A stretch of DNA of 25,805 bases, taken from positions 1-25,805 of IMG/VR virus record IMGVR_UViG_3300035135_001292, one strand, 5' to 3'. The position numbers and the translations under genes are program-made. The stretch is from a virus. Its lineage: Duplodnaviria; Caudoviricetes. This document shows positions 17,066 through 23,654 of this stretch, piece by piece; the first letter of the stretch is position 1; each line of letters opens with the position of its first letter. The notes beneath the pieces were generated by a model. That model was not told where the DNA came from. It saw only the letters and a list, made by a program, of their open reading frames with translations, and did no database searches.

Positions 17066-17466
17066 CAGACGAAGTAATCGAGGAAGTAATCGAAGACGCA
17101 CCGAAGGTAGACTACTACCTCAAGCTAACTAGCGAAAGTGAGATGCCGACTGTGCTGGCTGACTTCTATCAGCAGGACTACGTGACTAATGTGGACGAGG
17201 AAGGCGTAGAAACGTCTGTGGCGGACGGCGATCCCTACCTAGTAACACACAGCCATGACTACGCTATCGATGTCGTAGGGACAATCTACGAGCCTACAGG
17301 GGAAACTCTGACAGACGACGAGGGTGTGGCTTATCCAGAGATGGCACCTGCCGACGGTTGGCACGTTAACATCCGTCTCGTAGGCGATGCTATGCGCGAG
17401 ACTGTCGAAGCTCTCGATGCATCCCACGGCGTAACCCCTAATTCACCTAGTAGAGTATGGCTTTGA
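17062..17466 (+). CDS. Putative fibre assembly/accessory protein
   Basis: ATGA overlap; DYYLK, IDVVGTIY.PTGETLTD.EG..YPEM....GWHVNIR, VTP.SPSRVW; a family I recall following LamG-type fibres. Confidence 0.65.
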   Translation: MTDEVIEEVIEDAPKVDYYLKLTSESEMPTVLADFYQQDYVTNVDEEGVETSVADGDPYLVTHSHDYAIDVVGTIYEPTGETLTDDEGVAYPEMAPADGWHVNIRLVGDAMRETVEALDASHGVTPNSPSRVWL

Positions 17467-17469
17467 GAG

Positions 17470-17667
17470 ATGGACATTGCACAAGAAGCACTGCTAAAGA
17501 TAGAGGCGCACGAGAAGGAATGTAGCATTCGGTACGAGGCCATTCAGCGGCAGCTCGACCAGGCGAACGCGCGCTTTGATCGACTCGAGAAACTCATGCT
17601 CCAGGGTTTCGGCATGATGGGCGGCCTGATTGCCGTAGCTATGGCAGTGCTAGAGTTCGCGAGATAG
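17470..17667 (+). CDS. Small coiled-coil membrane protein (XhlA/holin-like)
   Basis: AHEKEC..RYE.I...L coiled coil plus C-terminal hydrophobic helix; first gene of the lysis region. Confidence 0.65.
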   Translation: MDIAQEALLKIEAHEKECSIRYEAIQRQLDQANARFDRLEKLMLQGFGMMGGLIAVAMAVLEFAR

Positions 17668-17669
17668 TC

Positions 17670-18020
17670 GTGGATATCAATGATTCGACCGATGTCACCA
17701 TCCCGATCCGAAACCTGATCGCAATGGTAGCAGGAACGTCGATCGCGACGATGGCATATTTTGGTATCCAGGAGCGGCTGAACACGCTCGAGCATTCGCT
17801 CGACAAATCTCAAATGGAAATCGAGCGGAACACCGAATTCCGCATTCTATGGCCTCGTGGCGAGCTGGGCTCTCTCCCGGCGGATGCACGCCAGGATATG
17901 CTGATCGAAGGATTGCAGATCGACGTCGTTGGATTGCGACAGATCCAGGAAGAAGTTCACGAGCTCACGATCCGGATCGGCACTATTGAATCACTCTATC
18001 ACCAGGATACCAATCAATGA
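17670..18020 (+). CDS. Membrane-anchored coiled-coil protein (lysis region)
   Basis: GTG start; N-terminal hydrophobic segment then heptad-rich region. Confidence 0.65.
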   Translation: MDINDSTDVTIPIRNLIAMVAGTSIATMAYFGIQERLNTLEHSLDKSQMEIERNTEFRILWPRGELGSLPADARQDMLIEGLQIDVVGLRQIQEEVHELTIRIGTIESLYHQDTNQ

Positions 18021-18487
18021 GTTTCGACAAAATTAAAGGCGTTATCGGTGGGCTGGCGCCTACCCTGGGAGCCGCTCTTGGCGGGCCCGTGGGCGGCGCT
18101 GCCGCGACTATGCTGGCGGAGGTCTTAGGCTGCGACCCAACCCCGGCAAAAATCGAAAGAGCGCTCCAGCAAGCAACCCCGGAGCAAATAGCAGAAATTA
18201 AAAAGGCCGAGTTAAATTTCGAGGCCAGGATGAAGGAACTCGATGTCGACATCTTCGCGTTGGAAACCCAGGACAGACAACACGCACGAGATTCCTTTAA
18301 AGAGGACTGGACGGCCCGCGCCATCGCTCTGGTCAGTGTTGCTCTGTTTGGCGCTTATGTCTTTACCGTTACTCTGGAACCACCTGCCGACGATGGGGTG
18401 GTGAACCTGGTGCTCGGTTACCTGGGCGGTATTGTGAGCGCGGTCGTGAGTTTCTATTTCGGGAGCAGCCAAAAAGCGAACAAATAG
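18017..18487 (+). CDS. Putative holin (3TM-holin-like with N-terminal Gly-rich segment)
   Basis: APTLGAALGGPVGG, DRQHAR, two C-terminal TM helices, SFYFGSS; directly upstream of endolysin. Confidence 0.7.
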   Translation: MSFDKIKGVIGGLAPTLGAALGGPVGGAAATMLAEVLGCDPTPAKIERALQQATPEQIAEIKKAELNFEARMKELDVDIFALETQDRQHARDSFKEDWTARAIALVSVALFGAYVFTVTLEPPADDGVVNLVLGYLGGIVSAVVSFYFGSSQKANK

Positions 18488-18519
18488 ACAAGCGAGATTG
18501 ATGGCATTTAGGGGGAAAA

Positions 18520-18948
18520 ATGAGCGTCGATTTTAAAGAGCTAACCCGGTGGCTCGAACACCATGAGGGAGTCAAGCTAAAACCTTACTATTGCACCGGC
18601 GGCAAACTGACCATCGGTGTCGGTCGGAACCTGGAGGACGTTGGGATCTCGCGCAGCGAGGCTCAGTTCATGCTCGAGAACGATATTATCCGCGTGATGA
18701 AGCAGCTCGACGAGATGATTCCAATGTGGCGAGATCAGTCACCTATCCGCCAGCTCGTGTTGCTCGATATGGCGTTTAACCTGGGCGTGTTCGGCCTGAG
18801 TAAGTTTCAGAACACGCTCGCGCATATCGAGGCCGGCGAATATGACCTGGCAGCCGATGAGATGCTGCGCTCCCGCTGGGCGGAGCAGGTAGGCGCTCGA
18901 GCGACCAACCTGGCGCAGGCTATGAGAACCGGCGCCGCACCGTTCTAA
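18520..18948 (+). CDS. Endolysin, GH24 phage lysozyme
   Basis: [20 protein letters not shown] (E-x8-C-x5-T variant), DMAFNLG, AADEML.SRWA.QVG.RA. Confidence 0.92.
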   Translation: MSVDFKELTRWLEHHEGVKLKPYYCTGGKLTIGVGRNLEDVGISRSEAQFMLENDIIRVMKQLDEMIPMWRDQSPIRQLVLLDMAFNLGVFGLSKFQNTLAHIEAGEYDLAADEMLRSRWAEQVGARATNLAQAMRTGAAPF

Positions 18949-19520
18949 TGTTTCAAAGCTACGCCGAGGCCCGAGACAACCGGGCGGCGTATTTCTGCAC
19001 CGGCAGGCGCTGCAAGCGCGGGCATATTGGCCCCAGGTTTACCGCAAATCGAATGTGCGTGCTCTGCTATCGCGAGAACATGGAATTCATGGACCCGGAG
19101 ACCAGGCAGCGATACCTCGAGAGATCCAGGCAGCGCGACCGGCTGAGACTGGCGGAACGCCGAGAGCAACAGCGCCGCTACTATCGCAAATGGGCGAAAT
19201 ATAAAGACATAGAACGCAAATCGAGCCCGATACGCCGGCGCCAGGCTCGAGAGGCACGGTTTGATCTGCAAAGTCGCAAACGCTGCGCGACTATCTGTCG
19301 AGATGACCCGGCGACCATGCTCTGGATCGATTCGATCTATGAGGAATCTCGAGCGCTTACTCGCCAGACCGGCATCGAGTACACGGTCGATCATATCGTC
19401 CCGCTGCGCGGGAAGGATGTTTGCGGATTGCACGTTCCTTGGAACCTCCAGGTGATGACTAAATCGGAGAATTGCTCGAAGGGTAATCGCTGGGCTGAGG
19501 ATGATGGCATTGCCGACTAG
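18948..19520 (+). CDS. HNH endonuclease with N-terminal Cys/His cluster
   Basis: TAATG overlap; TG..CKRGH...CVLC; [27 protein letters not shown]. Confidence 0.88.
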   Translation: MFQSYAEARDNRAAYFCTGRRCKRGHIGPRFTANRMCVLCYRENMEFMDPETRQRYLERSRQRDRLRLAERREQQRRYYRKWAKYKDIERKSSPIRRRQAREARFDLQSRKRCATICRDDPATMLWIDSIYEESRALTRQTGIEYTVDHIVPLRGKDVCGLHVPWNLQVMTKSENCSKGNRWAEDDGIAD

Positions 19521-19524
19521 CCAC

Positions 19525-19546
19525 AAAAAAGCCGCCCGAAGGCGGC
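19525..19546 (-). terminator. Rho-independent terminator of the leftward exonuclease unit
   Basis: Minus strand GCCGCC-TTCG-GGCGGC followed by T6. Confidence 0.9.
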
Positions 19547-19586
19547 AACAGTGGGAGAACGCCAGACCTGGCGTCGGAAATCAGGC

Positions 19587-20549
19587 TTATATCCTATTCT
19601 TTATCTTCAATGACTTCAATCGCACCTGGCGGGCTGGCTTGGCCTCGACGACCTTCTCGGGCTGCGCCTTGTAATTGCGGATAGGCCAGTCGACCTGATA
19701 GCGAGTCGAGTACCCGGTCGAGGCGTCGCCCATTTTTTTCATGATGGCGAGCTCGCATTCTTCGATCGATGCACTCACGGCGTCCCTGTCGCGCCGCAAT
19801 CCCTCCAGGCGCTCGATCTCATCGTCCAGGTCGTCCAGGTCGCATTCGGCGTCGGGATCCCTGGGGACGTTCGCTGAGGCGTCCTCAATCGTCACTGGCG
19901 GGTAAAACCTCTCGGTCTGTACCCTATCAGCGAAATCCTGGCAGAGCTCTGTAATACGCTTACAGATCGTCTTAGAGCGTTTATAGATAGTGATGCGCCG
20001 CTCGATGCTGCGATGCAGCGAGACCAGGATTCCAAATTCGGCGTTTGCTGCCATCATCTGCATATGCAGCTGTATCGGCCCGCGATGCAATGGCGGCATA
20101 TCGTCGGCGAATGCGCTGGTGCATTTACACTCGACCGGGATTAAGTATTGCAGCGTTATCTGATCGAGCTGGGGCGATGCCTGGTCGAGGTCGAGTATTT
20201 GCACGTATTCGCTCGCAAACACCGTCCTAGGCGTGTTCTGAGGGATCATACCGTCCATCGACACTTCGTAGTAAGGCGTGCGCTCGACGAGCGTCATGGC
20301 ATCGGTGCAGGGTTTCTCGAGGCCCAGGCGTTTGGCAGTGTCCTCGATGAGTACCGACTCGAGCAGATTGCCAACGGCGCCAGGCTCTCCGATGTCGGTC
20401 AGCGTCGACTCGCCATGCTTGGCGGCGATACTGCGGCGCAGTTCGTCATTCGGGGTTTGATACGGATGACCGTCGCCATATTCCCAACAGTACAGGGTGC
20501 CGATCCGGCTCCCGCTCATTTTTGTTTCGTCGCTAAATTTCCCAACCAT
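19587..20549 (-). CDS. YqaJ/lambda-exonuclease-like PD-(D/E)XK nuclease
   Basis: GGGAGAG RBS before ATG 20549; SGS.IG, GN.LE, SMDG, VECK, QLHMQM motifs; C-terminal coiled coil. Confidence 0.82.
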   Translation of the reverse strand: MVGKFSDETKMSGSRIGTLYCWEYGDGHPYQTPNDELRRSIAAKHGESTLTDIGEPGAVGNLLESVLIEDTAKRLGLEKPCTDAMTLVERTPYYEVSMDGMIPQNTPRTVFASEYVQILDLDQASPQLDQITLQYLIPVECKCTSAFADDMPPLHRGPIQLHMQMMAANAEFGILVSLHRSIERRITIYKRSKTICKRITELCQDFADRVQTERFYPPVTIEDASANVPRDPDAECDLDDLDDEIERLEGLRRDRDAVSASIEECELAIMKKMGDASTGYSTRYQVDWPIRNYKAQPEKVVEAKPARQVRLKSLKIKNRI

Positions 20550-20760
20550 TGTGTTCTCTCTCCCATGTTGAATCAAAAAAGTCTCGAATGCTTAGTTGCG
20601 AATTAATGATTCGCAGAAAGCGATCGCAGTCGCTCTGATACCAGTGATAATCGATAAATGAAGCGAAGTAATTAGTGGCTTTTTGTTGCAGCTCATAATC
20701 ATCGCTATCGAACAGCCATCGCAGCGAGCGCTGAAATTTTGGTTTTTCTTGATCAGTCAT
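20533..20760 (-). CDS. Hypothetical protein (75 aa)
   Basis: GGAG RBS; overlaps both neighbours in the leftward operon. Confidence 0.6.
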   Translation of the reverse strand: MTDQEKPKFQRSLRWLFDSDDYELQQKATNYFASFIDYHWYQSDCDRFLRIINSQLSIRDFFDSTWEREHNGWEI

Positions 20761-20938
20761 TTTTAAATCGCTCCAGGATAAGGTTAATTTGCCGCTCGGT
20801 CAGAGCGACTCCGCTAGCGCCGGCGTTCAGCACCCAATCCTCGAGCGCTTCCGCTGGCGTGCAATGATTGTCGCCGGCGTACCGCATACATTCCTCGACA
20901 ATCAGATCCAGGACTCTGGTTTCCGCTGTTTGTTCCAT
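20753..20938 (-). CDS. Hypothetical protein (~61 aa)
   Basis: GGGGG RBS before ATG 20938 (MEQTAE...); operon packing. Confidence 0.6.
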   Translation of the reverse strand: MEQTAETRVLDLIVEECMRYAGDNHCTPAEALEDWVLNAGASGVALTERQINLILERFKND

Positions 20939-20950
20939 TGCTGCCCCCAT

Positions 20951-20976
20951 AAAAAAAGACCGTCAAACGGTCTTTT
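20951..20976 (-). terminator. Terminator overlapping the stop codon of the last cassette gene
   Basis: Minus strand AAAAGACCGT-TTG-ACGGTCTTTT then TTT. Confidence 0.7.
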
Positions 20977-21196
20977 CATAGTTCTCAATAAACTGGCGGA
21001 TCGTGCCGTCGAAACTCTCCGCGTCTCTATTGAAGCGGATAATATCTCGATAGTACAGTTCTCCAGGCAGCGCGCCGCATTCCTGGGCGAGCTCGAGGAC
21101 GATCCACCAATCGTCGTGGGTGCATTGCGAGATGGTGTGCGCCTGGCGCTCTAAAACCGCGCCGGTGCTGAAGTTGCCCTGGATTACATTGTTCAT
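20963..21196 (-). CDS. Hypothetical early protein (77 aa)
   Basis: GGGAGAG RBS before ATG 21196 (MNNVIQGNF...). Confidence 0.7.
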   Translation of the reverse strand: MNNVIQGNFSTGAVLERQAHTISQCTHDDWWIVLELAQECGALPGELYYRDIIRFNRDAESFDGTIRQFIENYEKTV

Positions 21197-21209
21197 TGAT
21201 CTCTCTCCC

Positions 21210-21443
21210 TTAGTTTTTTTCGATTCCGTAGGAAACGCAGTCGATGACTTCATCCCAAAATTCGGCGGCGCTGCCGGAAAGCCAACCGATCACGATCGAC
21301 TCGCAACCATTAAACAGCCAGGTGTGGCCTTCGGGCGCATCGACAACGATCGTCTTTTCGCTCCTGGTGATATAGCTCACGCCCCAATCGATCGCGCCGT
21401 CGTGCAGGTCGATTATTTTTTCGGCTTTTGCTTTCGAAGTCAC
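21210..21443 (-). CDS. Hypothetical early protein (77 aa)
   Basis: GGGAGG RBS, GTG start. Confidence 0.7.
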   Translation of the reverse strand: MTSKAKAEKIIDLHDGAIDWGVSYITRSEKTIVVDAPEGHTWLFNGCESIVIGWLSGSAAEFWDEVIDCVSYGIEKN

Positions 21444-21451
21444 TAGTCTGC

Positions 21452-21479
21452 CTCCCTGGTAAAGGCCGCTTATGCGGCC
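21452..21479 (-). repeat. Cassette junction repeat J1 (stop-codon hairpin + RBS)
   Basis: GGCCGC-ATAA-GCGGCC-TTTACCAGGGAG. Confidence 0.85.
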
Positions 21480-21697
21480 ACTCCGTAAATTGCTTTATAG
21501 ACTGCCTCGGTTACCGGCAGGCCAGAATTGATGACGGCGAATTTGTCGTCGCTCATGCTGCCTTCTTTCATGATCACCTCATCGCAGCCTGGAAACGTCG
21601 CGGCGTCTTCTGTGTTAAACGCAACGATGAACTCGATATCCCAACCGCCCTCACCGGTGATTGGGTGTTTCGTGTAGATCTCGTAGATGTTGAACAT
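21470..21697 (-). CDS. Hypothetical early protein (75 aa)
   Basis: GGGAGA RBS; ends GVAA* inside hairpin J1. Confidence 0.75.
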   Translation of the reverse strand: MFNIYEIYTKHPITGEGGWDIEFIVAFNTEDAATFPGCDEVIMKEGSMSDDKFAVINSGLPVTEAVYKAIYGVAA

Positions 21698-21704
21698 TGG
21701 CTTT

Positions 21705-21734
21705 TCTCCCAGGTTAGGGGCCGCTTATGCGGCC
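21705..21734 (-). repeat. Cassette junction repeat J2
   Basis: GGCCGC-ATAA-GCGGCC-CCTAACCTGGGAGA. Confidence 0.88.
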
Positions 21735-22144
21735 TCGCCGTTTCCGTATTGGACAGCGTTGCACTCAGCTATCAGCGTTGCGTATTTCATAGCGTCGTAT
21801 TGCTTATTAACGCCGACCGCCATGACGTTGGCTAAAACGCTGTTATAGATAGCTCGCGCCGCGTCACGATCAGCCCATCGAATCTCATCAAAAAATCGCT
21901 GCATAGGACGATCGCCGACCTTCTTAATCTTGGCGACCGTAACGACGTGACGGTCAGAAAGAGTAACGCCGTCAACATCGTAATCGATAAAAGTCTCACT
22001 CTCGAGCTGCTGGCGCATTTCGCTCAGATGGTGCAGCTCCATTAGTTCGTCATAGGTGCGATCTTCGACCTCGTTTGAAAGGTAGTCCATGCGATCGTTT
22101 ATTACTTTAAGAGTTGCGATTGCTGCTTGATTTGAAAAGTTCAT
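21725..22144 (-). CDS. Hypothetical early protein (139 aa)
   Basis: AAGGA RBS before ATG 22144 (MNFSNQ...); ends GEAA* inside hairpin J2. Confidence 0.75.
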   Translation of the reverse strand: MNFSNQAAIATLKVINDRMDYLSNEVEDRTYDELMELHHLSEMRQQLESETFIDYDVDGVTLSDRHVVTVAKIKKVGDRPMQRFFDEIRWADRDAARAIYNSVLANVMAVGVNKQYDAMKYATLIAECNAVQYGNGEAA

Positions 22145-22149
22145 ATCCG

Positions 22150-22222
22150 GTTCCTTTTTTTTTGGTTGCTGGCTCCCTCGAGCCGATGAATACAGTGTAT
22201 ATAAATTTGACACCCATGCAAG
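22150..22222 (-). promoter_or_regulatory. Early promoter-leader module, copy A
   Basis: (C)TTGCA(T) -35, 16-17 nt spacer containing GGGTGTCAAATTT, TACACT -10 (22194-22199), leader hairpin GGCTC-GAGG-GAGCC, AACCAAAA..GGAAC RBS; A/T tracts upstream. Confidence 0.8.
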
Positions 22223-22257
22223 GGATAAACGCAAAAAAGTTAAATTTTTTTACAGGC

Positions 22258-22283
22258 AAAAAAAAGGCCGCTTATGCGACCTT
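22258..22283 (-). terminator. Cassette junction repeat J3 acting as terminator
   Basis: GGTCGC-ATAA-GCGGCC followed by T8. Confidence 0.82.
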
Positions 22284-22673
22284 GACCCAATAGCCGTAGA
22301 CCATTTTTTCGGTGCAGTCCCAGATATCCTGGGCGACACCGTGGTCTACGAAAACAAAATGCTTGGACTGTCGCGCTATCACCTTACCGTAGCGGTAGAG
22401 GTCATAGGTGCGAGCCTTGCGGCCATCAAACTGCGGGGCCGGTCTCCAGCGGTAGCCTAGCGTAGACAATGCCGCGTCGTAGTCTTCTTTGTAAATGCCG
22501 CTAGAAAGGCGACCGTTGCCGGCCTTGCCGTTCTTTGTGTAGTGGCGCAAAAACTTTTCTGCGGCCTTCCATTCCATGCCCTCAGCGATTGCGAGAGCGC
22601 GAACGCCACAATAACCGCTCTCTGCTGATCTATGCTCGAGCTGTCCGCCGTCGTTAAAATTAAATACTTTCAT
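22272..22673 (-). CDS. Early protein, putative papain-like (Cys-His-Asp) fold
   Basis: GGGAGAG RBS before ATG 22673; NDGG...CGVRALAIA...KHFVFVDHG..QDIWD; ends KVA*. Confidence 0.65.
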   Translation of the reverse strand: MKVFNFNDGGQLEHRSAESGYCGVRALAIAEGMEWKAAEKFLRHYTKNGKAGNGRLSSGIYKEDYDAALSTLGYRWRPAPQFDGRKARTYDLYRYGKVIARQSKHFVFVDHGVAQDIWDCTEKMVYGYWVKVA

Positions 22674-22678
22674 TTTGC

Positions 22679-22708
22679 TCTCCCAGGTTAGGGGCTGCTT
22701 ACGCAACC
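22679..22708 (-). repeat. Cassette junction repeat J4
   Basis: GGTTGC-GTAA-GCAGCC-CCTAACCTGGGAGA; 17 bp identical to J2. Confidence 0.85.
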
Positions 22709-22896
22709 TTTTTCAAAATGCGATCTTGAAGGCGGTCGATCTTTTCCATTTCCTCAAGTGTGAGGTCGTCAGAGTGATCGAATACCCAGCCAGCAGAGCC
22801 AGCGACTACATTCTCGAGCTGCTCTTTGCTCATCATGCCAGCGGTGGCAATTACTTCTTCAAGGGTGTCGATCATGCGGCTTGCGTTAATTTTCAT
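22699..22896 (-). CDS. Hypothetical early protein (65 aa)
   Basis: AAGGA RBS before ATG 22896 (MKINASRM...); ends KKVA* inside hairpin J4. Confidence 0.72.
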   Translation of the reverse strand: MKINASRMIDTLEEVIATAGMMSKEQLENVVAGSAGWVFDHSDDLTLEEMEKIDRLQDRILKKVA

Positions 22897-22902
22897 TTTT
22901 TC

Positions 22903-22971
22903 GTTCCTTTTGGTTAGTGGCTCTCCCTGAGCCGATGTAGTAACTGTATAAAAATTTGACACCCTTGTCGA
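22903..22971 (-). promoter_or_regulatory. Early promoter-leader module, copy B
   Basis: TCGACA (22966-22971) -17 nt- TACAGT (22943-22948); same GGGTGTCAAATTT spacer; leader hairpin GGCTC-AGGGA-GAGCC; AACCAAAAGGAAC RBS. Confidence 0.8.
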
Positions 22972-23009
22972 GTGTTTTAGGGCGAAAAAGTGAAAAAAAG
23001 TAAAAAAAA

Positions 23010-23039
23010 TTTACATTTCCAATTTGCCTGGTGTAAGGT
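23010..23039 (+). promoter_or_regulatory. Putative rightward promoter for the cro-like/replication operon
   Basis: TTTACA -18 nt- TAAGGT preceded by A-tracts. Confidence 0.45.
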
Positions 23040-23065
23040 TCAGCAAAACAACCAGGGGGGGTGCT

Positions 23066-23242
23066 ATGACACTCGAAACCATTATCAGCCATTTTGGCGG
23101 CATCAGTCAGACCGCTCGAGCGCTCGCAGTGACTCGGCAGACGGTCTATAACTGGCAGAAAGCCGGCGGGATTCCCGAGGCGCGTCGATACCAGGCGATG
23201 GCAATCATCGCTGTCGAGAATGAGCGAAAGGCGCAACGGTAA
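23066..23242 (+). CDS. Cro-like helix-turn-helix regulator
   Basis: G-rich RBS; IISHFGGISQTARALAVTRQTVYNW...IPEARRYQ. Confidence 0.85.
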   Translation: MTLETIISHFGGISQTARALAVTRQTVYNWQKAGGIPEARRYQAMAIIAVENERKAQR

Positions 23243-23243
23243 G

Positions 23244-23636
23244 ATGAGCATAAATTCGCGAACGAAAGGAGCCAGCGGTGAGCGCGAGCTGATCCGCGAG
23301 ATCGAGGAATGGACCGGGATCCGGCTCGAGCGAAACCTGGCGCAATCGTTCGGCGGCGGTCACGACCTGATCGGTCTCGACGATTGGGCGATTGAATGCA
23401 AGCGCTATCGATCGATCAGTGACGCCGATAAACGCGCATTCTGGGACCAGGCAGTTCGCCAGGCAAAGCGTGTCGATAAAATGCCGGCGGTCGCGTTTCG
23501 AGAGGATCGCCAACCCTGGCGGGTCATGCTTGTTTATCCGATCAACAGAGATTTGTACCCGATCGAGGACTATCGATCGACGTGCGAAATAGGGCTCGAG
23601 CTGTTCTGCTCGAAGATCCGGGAGACCTTAGACTGA
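23244..23636 (+). CDS. PD-(D/E)XK endonuclease, Holliday junction resolvase-like
   Basis: NSRTKGASGERE, GGHDL, AIECKR, W.QAVRQA, P.VAFREDRQPW. Confidence 0.8.
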   Translation: MSINSRTKGASGERELIREIEEWTGIRLERNLAQSFGGGHDLIGLDDWAIECKRYRSISDADKRAFWDQAVRQAKRVDKMPAVAFREDRQPWRVMLVYPINRDLYPIEDYRSTCEIGLELFCSKIRETLD

Positions 23637-23654
23637 CAAGAGGAAAATCTATCG

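Noticed and set aside
283-19526. Numerous minus-strand ORFs of 60-190 aa within the late operon (e.g. 5424-5972, 18945-19526)
   Set aside because: Antisense shadows of well-supported + strand genes, with no RBS or recognisable motifs
22155-22163. T9 tract (T4 in the other copy) as a phase-variation switch
   Set aside because: It lies upstream of the RBS in an untranslated leader and does not alter frame or promoter spacing
21452-22708. Junction repeats as a CRISPR array or integron attC sites
   Set aside because: Spacing is irregular and gene-sized, repeats are degenerate 16-30 bp, there are no RYYYAAC/GTTRRRY ends, and no cas or intI gene
20045-22917. Plus-strand ORFs over the early region (e.g. 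20148-20606, 21428-21835)
   Set aside because: Antisense to genes with clear RBSs, promoters and terminators on the minus strand
22919-22933. CsrA/RsmA site (AGGGA loop) in the leader hairpin
   Set aside because: Copy A does not keep GGA in the loop; too short to support
22956-22984. Perfect TTGACA on + strand (also 22207-22212) as a rightward -35
   Set aside because: No acceptable -10 at 16-18 nt; it is better explained as part of the conserved spacer motif of the leftward promoters
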